Virus record (IMG/VR): IMGVR_UViG_3300042894_004034
Span: 64,001 to 98,590 of that record
DNA from: a virus
Lineage: Duplodnaviria; Heunggongvirae; Uroviricota; Caudoviricetes
Length of the DNA: 34,590 bases
Direction: 5' to 3' (one strand)
Part shown: positions 1-7,801 of the stretch, in pieces
Layout: every line of letters begins with the position of its first letter
Position numbering within the stretch: position 1 is the first letter of the stretch
The notes under the pieces: model-generated
Told to the model about the DNA's origin: nothing
The model's input: the letters and a program-made list of their open reading frames with translations, nothing else
Database searches by the model: none
Translations under genes and position numbers: made by a program

Positions 1-16
1 TGATGTTCCAGACGGC

Positions 17-301
17 ATGGAAGGTGCAACCATGTACATAGACGTGGCGGACTGCTACTTGGTGTTAATCAAGCAGCCCCGGAGACTGAGCAAAAGCTCG
101 CTAATAAACATGGCCACAACTCTGGCTCATGAAATGGTGCATGTGCGTCAGTTGGCCAAGGGTCAGTTGAAATATCTGCCCCGTGAGGCCAAGCTCTGGA
201 TGGGACGCCGTTACACCAAAAAAACAAGCTATCTGGACCAGCCCTGGGAACAAGATGCCTTTGCACGCCAGGAAATGCTCATGCGGCGAGCCATTGAATA
301 A
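17..301 (+). CDS. HEXXH zincin-like metallopeptidase-domain protein (probably 5'-truncated by the window)
   Basis: LAHEMVHVRQ motif plus downstream PWEQDA; frame is open back to position 2. Confidence 0.6.
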   Translation: MEGATMYIDVADCYLVLIKQPRRLSKSSLINMATTLAHEMVHVRQLAKGQLKYLPREAKLWMGRRYTKKTSYLDQPWEQDAFARQEMLMRRAIE

Positions 302-304
302 TTT

Positions 305-352
305 GGTTGACCATTAATGCCCGAACTGCTATAATACACACATACACAGCAA
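305..352 (+). promoter_or_regulatory. Early sigma70-type promoter cassette, copy 1
   Basis: TTGACC 307-312, 17-nt spacer, TATAAT 330-335, followed by ACACACATACACAGCAA shared with other copies. Confidence 0.85.
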
Positions 353-364
353 ATAGGAGTCACA

Positions 365-628
365 ATGCTTACAGTCAATCAAACTATTCGTTCCTACGCA
401 GGCCGACCAGGCTGCATGTGCGGATGCAACGGCACCTACAACGAAGGCGAACGTGCCCGCAAGATGGCCATAACTACCTTGCTCAAGGACCCTGCTGTGA
501 GATTTGACACATGGGGCGACGGCACTGAAGGAGCAATATTTGTTGTCACTGCTACCCGCAATCGTGTACTTTATCTCACAGCAGACGGTGTGAAAACAGT
601 GCAGGCACTGGGCGTAAAGCACGAATAA
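365..628 (+). CDS. Early hypothetical protein (87 aa)
   Basis: AGGAG SD ahead of ATG 365, directly after promoter cassette. Confidence 0.75.
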   Translation: MLTVNQTIRSYAGRPGCMCGCNGTYNEGERARKMAITTLLKDPAVRFDTWGDGTEGAIFVVTATRNRVLYLTADGVKTVQALGVKHE

Positions 629-640
629 ACTGTGAACTTT

Positions 641-690
641 TCGGTTGACCAATATTCACCGAAATGCTATAATACACACATACACAGCAA
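641..690 (+). promoter_or_regulatory. Early promoter cassette, copy 2
   Basis: TTGACC 645-650, N17, TATAAT 668-673; identical over 50 bp to 983-1032. Confidence 0.9.
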
Positions 691-703
691 AAAGGAATAC
701 GAA

Positions 704-982
704 ATGAGTTACTACATTATTGCCAAGGCTACTGGACTTATTGTGTCAGATGGCCCAAATCGTACCCGTGCCTACAAGACGTTTGGATCGGCCTGTGCTA
801 CCCGAACTCGTGTTTGCCGCAAAGCAGGTTACACAGTTGATGAACTGGACGTGGTAAACACTCAGACCTACAAGCCACGCCAGGTCACTCGCAAGAACTT
901 GATGAGTGGTCAAGAGTTCCAAGAGGACGTGAACACACCTTACTTTTGCTCTCCTTCTTCAGAAACTTACTGGAGCATGTGA
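704..982 (+). CDS. Early hypothetical protein (92 aa)
   Basis: Start moved from 632 to ATG 704 because AAGGA SD and promoter lie within 632-703. Confidence 0.75.
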   Translation: MSYYIIAKATGLIVSDGPNRTRAYKTFGSACATRTRVCRKAGYTVDELDVVNTQTYKPRQVTRKNLMSGQEFQEDVNTPYFCSPSSETYWSM

Positions 983-1032
983 TCGGTTGACCAATATTCA
1001 CCGAAATGCTATAATACACACATACACAGCAA
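983..1032 (+). promoter_or_regulatory. Early promoter cassette, copy 3
   Basis: TTGACC 987-992, N17, TATAAT 1010-1015. Confidence 0.9.
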
Positions 1033-1045
1033 CAAGGAACCCAAA

Positions 1046-1453
1046 ATGGCATACTTCAATCAAGAACGCAAAGCACAACTAGCACCGGCTATCAAGGCCA
1101 TCCTGAAAAAGTACAAGGTCAAGGGTTCGCTTGCAGTACGCAATCATTCTAGTTTTGTGCTGAATATCAAGAGTGGTGCCATTGACTTCATTGGCAACTA
1201 CAACAGCACCGTGGCAGCACAGCCCGGCGGATTCCGCAACGGCAACCCTGCTGTGAAGTCCCTGGATGTGAATCCCTACTGGTACCAGGAACACTTTGAC
1301 GGTCGGGCACTGAGCTTCTTCAAAGAAATCTTTGCTGCAATGAACGTTGGAAATCATGACCGCAGCGACATCCAATCCGACTACTTTGATGTAGGCTGGT
1401 ATGTTGACGTGAATGTGGGTGCCTGGAACCAACCATATGAGTTGACAAAATAG
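1046..1453 (+). CDS. Early hypothetical protein (135 aa)
   Basis: AAGGA SD, ATG 1046, coding-like composition. Confidence 0.8.
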   Translation: MAYFNQERKAQLAPAIKAILKKYKVKGSLAVRNHSSFVLNIKSGAIDFIGNYNSTVAAQPGGFRNGNPAVKSLDVNPYWYQEHFDGRALSFFKEIFAAMNVGNHDRSDIQSDYFDVGWYVDVNVGAWNQPYELTK

Positions 1454-1498
1454 GTTGCCCAATATTCACCCAAATGCTATAATACACACATACAGCAA
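1453..1498 (+). promoter_or_regulatory. Early promoter cassette, copy 4
   Basis: TTGCCC 1455-1460, N17, TATAAT 1478-1483, ACACACATACAGCAA tail. Confidence 0.85.
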
Positions 1499-1514
1499 CA
1501 AACCGGAGCAAGAT

Positions 1515-1802
1515 ATGAAGACTATTCAAGACATCAACTCAGCTATCATCAGTGGCACCTGGACCAACACAGAACTCAGTTCAATGATTGACGCTGTGAA
1601 ATTTGCTCGTGCGCAACTGGGCCAGTCAACCAAGCGAAGTCTTGCAGTTGGCGACAACGTGAACTTTGACAGCACCAAGCTAGGAAAGAATGTGACCGGT
1701 GTGGTCATGAAGATTGCTATCAAGTATGTCACAGTACGTTCAGTCAGTGGCTTGTGGAAAGTGCCTGCCAACATGTTGACCAAGGTTGGGGAGTACGCAT
1801 AA
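1515..1802 (+). CDS. Early hypothetical protein (95 aa), possible C-terminal SH3/KOW-like barrel
   Basis: GGAG SD then ATG 1515 (not 1455); LAVGDNVNF...VTGVVMKIAIKYVTVR pattern. Confidence 0.75.
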   Translation: MKTIQDINSAIISGTWTNTELSSMIDAVKFARAQLGQSTKRSLAVGDNVNFDSTKLGKNVTGVVMKIAIKYVTVRSVSGLWKVPANMLTKVGEYA

Positions 1803-1803
1803 C

Positions 1804-1932
1804 ATGACCAAAATCATAATTGGATTTGTACTGGGCATTGTGGTCAGCACAATTGGCTTCAGTGGTCTGGCTCGTTTAGCAGATCAGGGTGTGAGCACCA
1901 TCAAACAAACTTCGCAGGAAATGGCAAAATGA
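1804..1932 (+). CDS. Small membrane protein (42 aa)
   Basis: Not in ORF track; MTKIIIGFVLGIVVSTIGFSGLARLADQGVSTIKQTSQEMAK; GGGGAG SD upstream, hydrophobic N-terminus. Confidence 0.65.
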   Translation: MTKIIIGFVLGIVVSTIGFSGLARLADQGVSTIKQTSQEMAK

Positions 1933-1985
1933 ACAAACAGTTTACCAATTCGGTAAACTCAACCCAATCTATTGCAACAAAAAGG

Positions 1986-2014
1986 TTGACACTGATCACT
2001 CTTTTTGTTACAAT
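1986..2014 (+). promoter_or_regulatory. sigma70-type promoter
   Basis: TTGACA 1986-1991, N17, TACAAT 2009-2014. Confidence 0.75.
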
Positions 2015-2065
2015 TAGGTCAGCTGTGCAGAACAGCATTTTTAAACTTTGAAAGGCAACTTTATA

Positions 2066-2401
2066 ATGGCAACAGAAAAAACTTTTACCGTAGCAGGCAC
2101 CGCAACCAATGCAGATGGCACCGTCAAGGTCCGTTTTGCAAATGACTTGGTAGCACGTATCAAGATTCTTAACAAGAACAACTGCACCAACATCAACTTG
2201 ATGGAATTGCCCAAGGCAATGACCAAGTTGGAAGCTCTGCAACACCTGCAGACTTTGGGTATCACCATCGGTGATGCTGGCTTTGCAGTAGCAAACAAAC
2301 TGGCCGAGAAATCCAAGGTGGCCAAGAAGGGCGAGATCAAGGTCAAGGCAACTCGTGTTGCTAGTGCCAAGGCTCCAGCCACAGCAGACATTCCTGCCTA
2401 A
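2066..2401 (+). CDS. Hypothetical protein with Lys/Ala-rich tail (111 aa)
   Basis: AAAGG SD then ATG 2066; own promoter and terminator. Confidence 0.8.
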   Translation: MATEKTFTVAGTATNADGTVKVRFANDLVARIKILNKNNCTNINLMELPKAMTKLEALQHLQTLGITIGDAGFAVANKLAEKSKVAKKGEIKVKATRVASAKAPATADIPA

Positions 2402-2424
2402 CAGCAGCAGATCCTGCAAGACAG

Positions 2425-2448
2425 AGGCTCCCTGGAGCCTTTTCTTTT
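2425..2448 (+). terminator. Rho-independent terminator
   Basis: AGGCTCC-CT-GGAGCCT hairpin followed by TTTCTTTT. Confidence 0.75.
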
Positions 2449-2451
2449 GGC

Positions 2452-2457
2452 TAAATA
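2452..2457 (+). promoter_or_regulatory. Putative late promoter (TAAATA)
   Basis: Intergenic TAAATA upstream of 2487 ORF; motif recurs before many genes. Confidence 0.45.
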
Positions 2458-2486
2458 TTTTGTGGATACTGTTCCACATCAACCTT

Positions 2487-2702
2487 GTGCAATACATTAT
2501 CCTATATCGCGGCGATGCGTCAGATGCCAAATTCAAATCTTGGATAAAAAACAATCCTGCCGCCCGAGCCCGTATTGTTGACAATCGATTGACCCTGCCT
2601 GACTATCAGGCTCTGGGCCTGTTTCAACTGAGTTGGGTGGAAGAATGGGATCTTACTGTTATATGGGATTCTTGGCAACGTCGTCATATTGTCATCCAAT
2701 AA
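2487..2702 (+). CDS. Hypothetical protein (71 aa)
   Basis: 3' part of the 2355..2702 ORF; GTG 2487 chosen because upstream sequence is terminator/promoter. Confidence 0.55.
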   Translation: MQYIILYRGDASDAKFKSWIKNNPAARARIVDNRLTLPDYQALGLFQLSWVEEWDLTVIWDSWQRRHIVIQ

Positions 2703-2704
2703 TA

Positions 2705-2733
2705 TTGACAAGTGACCGCGCATAGTGTATAAT
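2705..2733 (+). promoter_or_regulatory. Consensus sigma70 promoter
   Basis: TTGACA 2705-2710, N17, TATAAT 2728-2733; ATG at 2740 only 6 nt later. Confidence 0.85.
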
Positions 2734-2739
2734 TACACT

Positions 2740-2982
2740 ATGATACAGAACTTTGTAGCCCCGGGTCGAACACTCACACAGTACACTTGGCACGAGGCGC
2801 TGGTGGCAGCAGGTAGTTCAGAACATGATCCGATATTTCTTCAGGATCAGTGCATGGAAGACTGGCTATCAGGACAACAGTATCAGATCATAGAATTCGA
2901 CGCTGAGAGCTACAGTGCCAAACTGGAACAGGCTGTGGCTCAAGGCATGAATATAGTCATCATCAAGGAGAAATCAAAATGA
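2740..2982 (+). CDS. Hypothetical protein (80 aa), probably leaderless
   Basis: ATG 2740, no SD, coupled to next gene by ATGA overlap. Confidence 0.65.
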   Translation: MIQNFVAPGRTLTQYTWHEALVAAGSSEHDPIFLQDQCMEDWLSGQQYQIIEFDAESYSAKLEQAVAQGMNIVIIKEKSK

Positions 2983-3170
2983 CACAACACGAATCAATTG
3001 TAGCAGCCTACGACACATACATTGCAGAAAATGAAAAGTTCACAGCCAAGGGTGTGAAAGCAGCCGCGGCTCGTGCTAGAAAAGCTCTGCAAGAAATGAG
3101 CAAGGGCATCAAAGAACGCCGCAAAGAAATCACAGCGGAAAAAGAAGCCTTGGCTACTGTGGCAAAATGA
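2979..3170 (+). CDS. Histone H1-like protein Hc1 family
   Basis: EKFTAKGVKAAAARARKALQEMSKGIKERRKEI resembles the Hc1 KF..KGNKAAGTRARK.L..L pattern; AAGGAG SD. Confidence 0.75.
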   Translation: MTQHESIVAAYDTYIAENEKFTAKGVKAAAARARKALQEMSKGIKERRKEITAEKEALATVAK

Positions 3171-3340
3171 TTCATCGGGATCTTCAATTGCCCGTTAGGA
3201 TTTCTACTGAATGGCCCACAACACTAACACCGCTGCAACGAGATCAGCTGCTTCAAGAGAAACTGACTCGACTGGCGGTGTGGTATCAACACTCAAAAAG
3301 TCATGACAAAACCAAACATACTAGTCCGGCAAATAGTTGA
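3167..3340 (+). CDS. Possible small hypothetical protein (57 aa)
   Basis: ATGA-coupled to Hc1 gene; overlaps next gene by 38 bp. Confidence 0.45.
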   Translation: MIHRDLQLPVRISTEWPTTLTPLQRDQLLQEKLTRLAVWYQHSKSHDKTKHTSPANS

Positions 3341-3479
3341 AGATCCTGAAGATCCAGAACAGTTGATTCTGGATCTTGGACAAGAATTATGTGATCAAAT
3401 GGGCTGGGACGAGGGCGACACCTTGACCTGGACCGATCTCAAAGACGGCTCGTGGCAGCTGAAAAAAGCACCAGAATGA
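3303..3479 (+). CDS. AbrB/MazE/SpoVT-like small DNA-binding protein (58 aa)
   Basis: Not in ORF track; LILDLGQELCDQMGWDEGDTLTWTDLKDGSWQLKK fits the swapped-hairpin pattern; ATGA overlap with next gene. Confidence 0.65.
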   Translation: MTKPNILVRQIVEDPEDPEQLILDLGQELCDQMGWDEGDTLTWTDLKDGSWQLKKAPE

Positions 3480-3961
3480 AAAGCCGCACAGTATCCTATC
3501 CTATTGATCCTGACGCTTTGAAAAGCGTTTGGAACATCAATGGCAGCAATACCGTCACAAGTCATGGCAACACCGTGGGCATGCCTTTTGGTCCAATCAC
3601 AGCAATTGGCAGCAGCACCAGCGGTACCTATTTTGGCAACACCGGCCCTTATGGTGCGACTCCAACCTGGACAAATGGCACCACTGGTGTTGGCCAGGCC
3701 CCGGTCACTGTCAACGCCAGTGGCAAAATTGATCTCCAGGGCGAGTCAGCAGACATCACAATCAACGGCACAAGCCTCCTGGCCACTCTGGCAGCACTAC
3801 AAGAGCGCCTGAACTGGATGCAGCCCGCAACTGAACTTGAAGCAGAATGGGATCAATTGCGTGAGTTAGGCGACCGTTATCGTGAGTTAGAGCAACAATG
3901 CCGAGAAAAATCCCAGATGTGGGCAAAGCTCAAAACATTACCTAAGTTGAATCAACTATGA
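3476..3961 (+). CDS. Hypothetical protein, Gly/Thr-rich N-terminus and coiled-coil C-terminus (161 aa)
   Basis: ATG 3476 from ATGA overlap; LEAEWDQLRELGDRYRELEQQC heptads. Confidence 0.7.
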   Translation: MKSRTVSYPIDPDALKSVWNINGSNTVTSHGNTVGMPFGPITAIGSSTSGTYFGNTGPYGATPTWTNGTTGVGQAPVTVNASGKIDLQGESADITINGTSLLATLAALQERLNWMQPATELEAEWDQLRELGDRYRELEQQCREKSQMWAKLKTLPKLNQL

Positions 3962-4752
3962 AACCAAAAAAACGAATCAGTCATATTGTGAAGTGGATCA
4001 AACAATATGCCACCAAGTCCAAGATATCAACTCTGGTGGTTGGGGTGTCAGGCGGTATTGACAGTTCTGTTGTGAGCACACTATGCGCCATGACCGGACT
4101 CCCAACAATTGTGGTTAGCATGCCCATCTATCAGGTGTCAGCACAGAAACAGCTCAGTGAAGATCATGCGGCCTGGCTTACACACAACTACGCCACTGTG
4201 ACTCACATCAACCTGGATCTTACTCCGGTGTTTGCTGCCTTTGAACAAAAGGTTGGCCCTGTGTGCTCAACAGATCAAGAATCCAATTCCCAAGAACAAT
4301 TGGCCTTTGCCAACAGCCGTGCAAGACTGCGAATGATGAGCCTGTATCAGATTGCTCAGTGCAACGGTGGCATTGTGGTGGGCACTGGCAATCGAGTAGA
4401 AGACTTTGGTGTGGGGTTCTACACCAAGTACGGCGACGGTGGCGTGGACATCAGCCCCATTGGAGATTGCCTCAAAACTGATGTCTGGGACATGGGACGT
4501 GAAATGGGCCTGCTGCAAGAAATCATTGACGCTGCCCCCACTGACGGACTCTGGAATGATCGCAGAACTGACGAAGATCAGTTAGGCATGACCTACCCAG
4601 AACTGGAACTGGCCATGGCCCTGGACACCATGGTCTGGACAGAAAAACTCAGCAAAGACCAAACCCGTAATCTTCAACGCTATCGCAAAATCCGAGAGGC
4701 CAATCTGCACAAGATGTTGCCAATTCCGGTGTGCATGATTGACAACAATTGA
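3958..4752 (+). CDS. nadE: NH3-dependent NAD+ synthetase
   Basis: GVSGGIDS PP-loop, ANSRARLRM, GTGN..E...GFYTKYGDGGVDISPIGD, PTDGLW; no glutaminase domain. Confidence 0.93.
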   Translation: MKPKKRISHIVKWIKQYATKSKISTLVVGVSGGIDSSVVSTLCAMTGLPTIVVSMPIYQVSAQKQLSEDHAAWLTHNYATVTHINLDLTPVFAAFEQKVGPVCSTDQESNSQEQLAFANSRARLRMMSLYQIAQCNGGIVVGTGNRVEDFGVGFYTKYGDGGVDISPIGDCLKTDVWDMGREMGLLQEIIDAAPTDGLWNDRRTDEDQLGMTYPELELAMALDTMVWTEKLSKDQTRNLQRYRKIREANLHKMLPIPVCMIDNN

Positions 4753-4767
4753 ACTTGATGTTATAAT
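4739..4767 (+). promoter_or_regulatory. Consensus sigma70 promoter
   Basis: TTGACA 4739-4744, N17, TATAAT 4762-4767. Confidence 0.8.
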
Positions 4768-4862
4768 TGTTGATGGGGTTAACTCCCTAGTTAATGGCAA
4801 AACGCTACCATTTTGGCCCGGACTAGTCCGGATTTCAACCCAACTGAGTAAGTAAAACTACC

Positions 4863-5438
4863 ATGAAAACAAAAATCTATCAAAATCTAAAAATGGCCAA
4901 ATGGAGCTCTAGAGCTCTCAACGCCATCGGACTTGTGCTGGTGTTCGCGGCTGTGTTTGCAGCCTGCAATTCCAAGCTGAGTCAACTACGCCAAGACAAT
5001 CGCAACCTGCCCACCGGCTATGTAAGTGCTGCTGAAAACACCAAACAACTGGATTGTCTCACCAGAAACATCTACTGGGAAGCTGCCTCGGAACCCTTTG
5101 AGGGCAAGGTAGGTGTTGCTCAGGTCACACTGAACCGAGTAGAATCGGGCAAGTTTGCCCCCACCGTGTGTGGAGTGGTATATCAGAAGAACACATTCTA
5201 TCAAAAGGTAGTGTGTCAGTTCAGCTGGTACTGCGAAAGCAATCACAAGATTCGACCAGTGCATCCTGCACTCTGGAAAGAAAGTGAAGAAGTGGCCAAG
5301 AAGGTGCTGTTGGAAAAATTCCGATTGCCCAGTCTTGAAAACGCATTGTTCTATCATGCGGACTATGTGAGCCCAGGTTGGAAACTGCCCCGAATTGAAA
5401 AAATTGGTAACCATATTTTTTACGGAGACAAAGCATGA
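4863..5438 (+). CDS. Cell wall hydrolase, SleB/Hydrolase_2 family, with N-terminal TM/signal segment
   Basis: CLTRNIYWEAASEPFEGKVGVAQVTLNRV, VVYQ, CQFSW, ALFYHADYVSPGW, IGNHIFY; start may be 4893. Confidence 0.9.
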   Translation: MKTKIYQNLKMAKWSSRALNAIGLVLVFAAVFAACNSKLSQLRQDNRNLPTGYVSAAENTKQLDCLTRNIYWEAASEPFEGKVGVAQVTLNRVESGKFAPTVCGVVYQKNTFYQKVVCQFSWYCESNHKIRPVHPALWKESEEVAKKVLLEKFRLPSLENALFYHADYVSPGWKLPRIEKIGNHIFYGDKA

Positions 5439-5737
5439 AATTTGACATCAACATTGCACGTGATTTTGTGGCAAATTCCCTGGCTCGAATTTCAGCAGAT
5501 ACTCTGGGCTGGTTGGCAGCTATCCTGTTGCATGCTGCCACTGTGCCCACAATGCTGGCTCTGATCACAGGACTCAGCGATCGCCCACCCAGTCTGGATC
5601 TGGTGCTGTTTATGTGGAGTGCCTTGGTCTTGTTGTTTTTGCGGGCCATAGTACTCAAGGACAATCTAAACATTATCACAATTGGTCTGGGCTTTATTGT
5701 GCAGGCTGTGATGATGGCTCTTGTGTTGTTTAAATGA
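5435..5737 (+). CDS. 3-TM membrane protein, PQ-loop/SemiSWEET-like
   Basis: Three hydrophobic helices; LGWLAAILLHAATVPT has PT in place of PQ. Confidence 0.55.
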   Translation: MKFDINIARDFVANSLARISADTLGWLAAILLHAATVPTMLALITGLSDRPPSLDLVLFMWSALVLLFLRAIVLKDNLNIITIGLGFIVQAVMMALVLFK

Positions 5738-6459
5738 CTGTACCAAACTTTGTGGTGCTGGATAGCATACACGGTCGGTTTATCATAAATCGACACTGTA
5801 GTTTTCAAGCAGAAGCCTTGATCAAAACAGGTGCCACACACATCGAAGATGAACTGCGCAACATCTTTGCCATACTGGGCACAGTTCCACAGGGGGCTGT
5901 GATCATTGACGGTGGTGCCAATGCAGGTTTCTTTACAATTCCTGTGGCCAACAACATACGAGCAAAGAAACCACGAATCATTAGTTTTGAACCACAACGC
6001 GAGTTGTACCGTGCGCTGTCAGGTAGCCTGGCTCTGAATGACATTGACTTTTGTGAGTTGCACAACGCCGGGCTTGGTGAACACCCTGGCACAGCCCGGG
6101 TGCCTCCAATTGATTACGGTATGCCACAAGACTTTGGTTGTGTGCAGATTACAGAGACTGGCCCGGGCACAGCAATCGAAATAAAAACCATTGACGGCCT
6201 GGCCCTGGATCGATTGGATTTTATCAAACTAGATGTGGAAGGATATGAGTGTGCTGCCTTGGCAGGCGGCATTGAGACCATACAAAAATATCGTCCATAT
6301 ATCTGGGTGGAATTTTTTATCACAGGAGCGGACGCAATAAAACACACATTGGCCGCGGTGCCAGATTATGAGTTTTTAAAAATAGACTATCAAAATATGT
6401 TGTGCATTCCAAAAGAAATTCGATCTCAGATCAATATCATCAACGCGGATCAATTGTGA
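5734..6459 (+). CDS. FkbM-family SAM methyltransferase
   Basis: IIDGGANAG, FEPQ, IKLDVEGYE motifs. Confidence 0.88.
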   Translation: MTVPNFVVLDSIHGRFIINRHCSFQAEALIKTGATHIEDELRNIFAILGTVPQGAVIIDGGANAGFFTIPVANNIRAKKPRIISFEPQRELYRALSGSLALNDIDFCELHNAGLGEHPGTARVPPIDYGMPQDFGCVQITETGPGTAIEIKTIDGLALDRLDFIKLDVEGYECAALAGGIETIQKYRPYIWVEFFITGADAIKHTLAAVPDYEFLKIDYQNMLCIPKEIRSQINIINADQL

Positions 6460-6460
6460 C

Positions 6461-6489
6461 TTGACTATTAATTCACTCTGTGCTATAAT
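6461..6489 (+). promoter_or_regulatory. sigma70-type promoter
   Basis: TTGACT 6461-6466, N17, TATAAT 6484-6489. Confidence 0.8.
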
Positions 6490-6521
6490 AAGCACATGAT
6501 TGAGCCACAAAGGATATTTCA

Positions 6522-6920
6522 ATGACGTTTCATCTAGTTGGACCTGCTCTTAGTCTTAATGGTAAAAAGAAGGGCAAGTTCAAATACCGCAATGCCGAGG
6601 AAGCACGACTGGCTCGTGAGCTGGATTCCAGCTGGAAAGAACTGCTGAAACGTCAAGGCGTGGCTGCAGAAGAAAAGAAGCGTCGACGTGCCCTGGCAGC
6701 AGAGCCCTTGGTGTACAATCTAACCGGTGTGACAGATCGTGCAGGCACCGCGCACATTCCCAGCCGTGACACCGGACATTCAGGAGCAGTATCCAGCAAA
6801 CCTAATCCGCAATACACAGGCACAAAAATTCTTGGCATTGGTACCATGCACAAATCAAATGCAGTGCCGGTGTTCAGCGATCAAGAAGCACATGACATCG
6901 CAACCATGCGCCGTGGATAA
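6522..6920 (+). CDS. Basic hypothetical protein (132 aa)
   Basis: AAGGA SD; C-terminal GTKILGIGTMHKSNAVPVF segment recalled from other myovirus hypotheticals. Confidence 0.75.
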   Translation: MTFHLVGPALSLNGKKKGKFKYRNAEEARLARELDSSWKELLKRQGVAAEEKKRRRALAAEPLVYNLTGVTDRAGTAHIPSRDTGHSGAVSSKPNPQYTGTKILGIGTMHKSNAVPVFSDQEAHDIATMRRG

Positions 6921-6925
6921 GCAGC

Positions 6926-7090
6926 ATGACAGTCACTTTGCCCTACGATCCTTTTGATTGGAAGCCTTTGGCCTGGGCCAAGCAGCATTGTCCAAGTTAT
7001 ATCACCAACTTCTCATACAATACCGCAACAATTGATTACTGTTTTGGCAATGAAAAAGAAGCCTTGATGTTTTTACTCAAGTGGTCATGA
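6926..7090 (+). CDS. FxL[KR]W-terminal paralogue 1 (54 aa)
   Basis: Not in ORF track; ends YCFGNEKEALMFLLKWS. Confidence 0.7.
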   Translation: MTVTLPYDPFDWKPLAWAKQHCPSYITNFSYNTATIDYCFGNEKEALMFLLKWS

Positions 7091-7371
7091 TAAAGAAACG
7101 TGCTATGGCAGAATCTCGCTGGACCGAATTGGTAACCGATAAGAAACGGCTTGACACTGGTCAAGCAGTATTACAACCCAATTGGCCCTACTGGGTGCAA
7201 CCTCGGTACTACAACGTAACAGAAATGTACAACATCGAGTTATGGGTGCGAGCAACATTTGGTGACACTGTGTGGGCAGACCAAGACAAAGGGCGCTGGG
7301 TAGGCAGTGATAGAAAATACTGGTTCCGTGAAGAATCGGATAGAACCTTGTTCTTGTTGAAATGGGCATGA
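7087..7371 (+). CDS. FxL[KR]W-terminal paralogue 2 (94 aa)
   Basis: ATGA overlap; WVRATFG...RW...YWFREESDRTLFLLKWA. Confidence 0.75.
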   Translation: MIKKRAMAESRWTELVTDKKRLDTGQAVLQPNWPYWVQPRYYNVTEMYNIELWVRATFGDTVWADQDKGRWVGSDRKYWFREESDRTLFLLKWA

Positions 7372-7571
7372 ATTTTTTGTACCGGGCCACTACCACCAGT
7401 TCAATGGATCAGGTGGTGCCTTGGTGTGAACAACACCTGGGCAAGTTTGATCAGGCGTGGTACAGACTGGGTCGAGATCCAGCAGCGGACCTGATGTACC
7501 CACTGGGACCGGACATTTATTGGTTTGACAACAAAAAATACCACATGTGGTTTACACTGAGGTGGTCATGA
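7368..7571 (+). CDS. FxL[KR]W-terminal paralogue 3 (67 aa)
   Basis: ATGA overlap; WCEQHLG...YWFDNKKYHMWFTLRWS. Confidence 0.75.
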   Translation: MNFLYRATTTSSMDQVVPWCEQHLGKFDQAWYRLGRDPAADLMYPLGPDIYWFDNKKYHMWFTLRWS

Positions 7572-7801
7572 ACTCCAAACAACGACGACAAGATGCACGA
7601 AAGTGGAAATATCGAATCAGGTTAACTTACGATCAAGCAGATCGAAATGGATATATCAACATGTTTGACTGGTGCTGCAATACGTTTGGCAATAGCATAC
7701 ACACTGATCTCTGGCGTGAAGAACACCAGGCAGACGGTGGCACCGTTTGGCAGTTCACTGATAGCAAGACTGCTGCACTGTTTGCACTGAAATGGTCATG
7801 A
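7568..7801 (+). CDS. FxL[KR]W-terminal paralogue 4 (77 aa)
   Basis: ATGA overlap; WCCNTFG...WQFTDSKTAALFALKWS. Confidence 0.75.
   Translation: MNSKQRRQDARKWKYRIRLTYDQADRNGYINMFDWCCNTFGNSIHTDLWREEHQADGGTVWQFTDSKTAALFALKWS

Noticed and set aside
307-507. ORF 307..507 and upstream extensions of ORFs at 632, 1455, 2725, 16708, 19421
   Set aside because: These starts lie within promoter boxes; SD-supported or leaderless downstream ATGs are more plausible
305-1498. CRISPR-like repeat array
   Set aside because: Repeats are -35/-10 promoters separated by 338-468 bp containing whole genes; no spacer-length regularity or cas genes
1901-2584. Long minus-strand ORFs (1901..2584, 2041..2391, 5221..5997 and similar)
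   Set aside because: Antisense shadows of well-supported + strand genes, no motifs or SD
4769-4841. tRNA in the cloverleaf-like leader
   Set aside because: No TTC T-loop, D-loop GG or 7-bp acceptor stem; kept only as a possible structured leader
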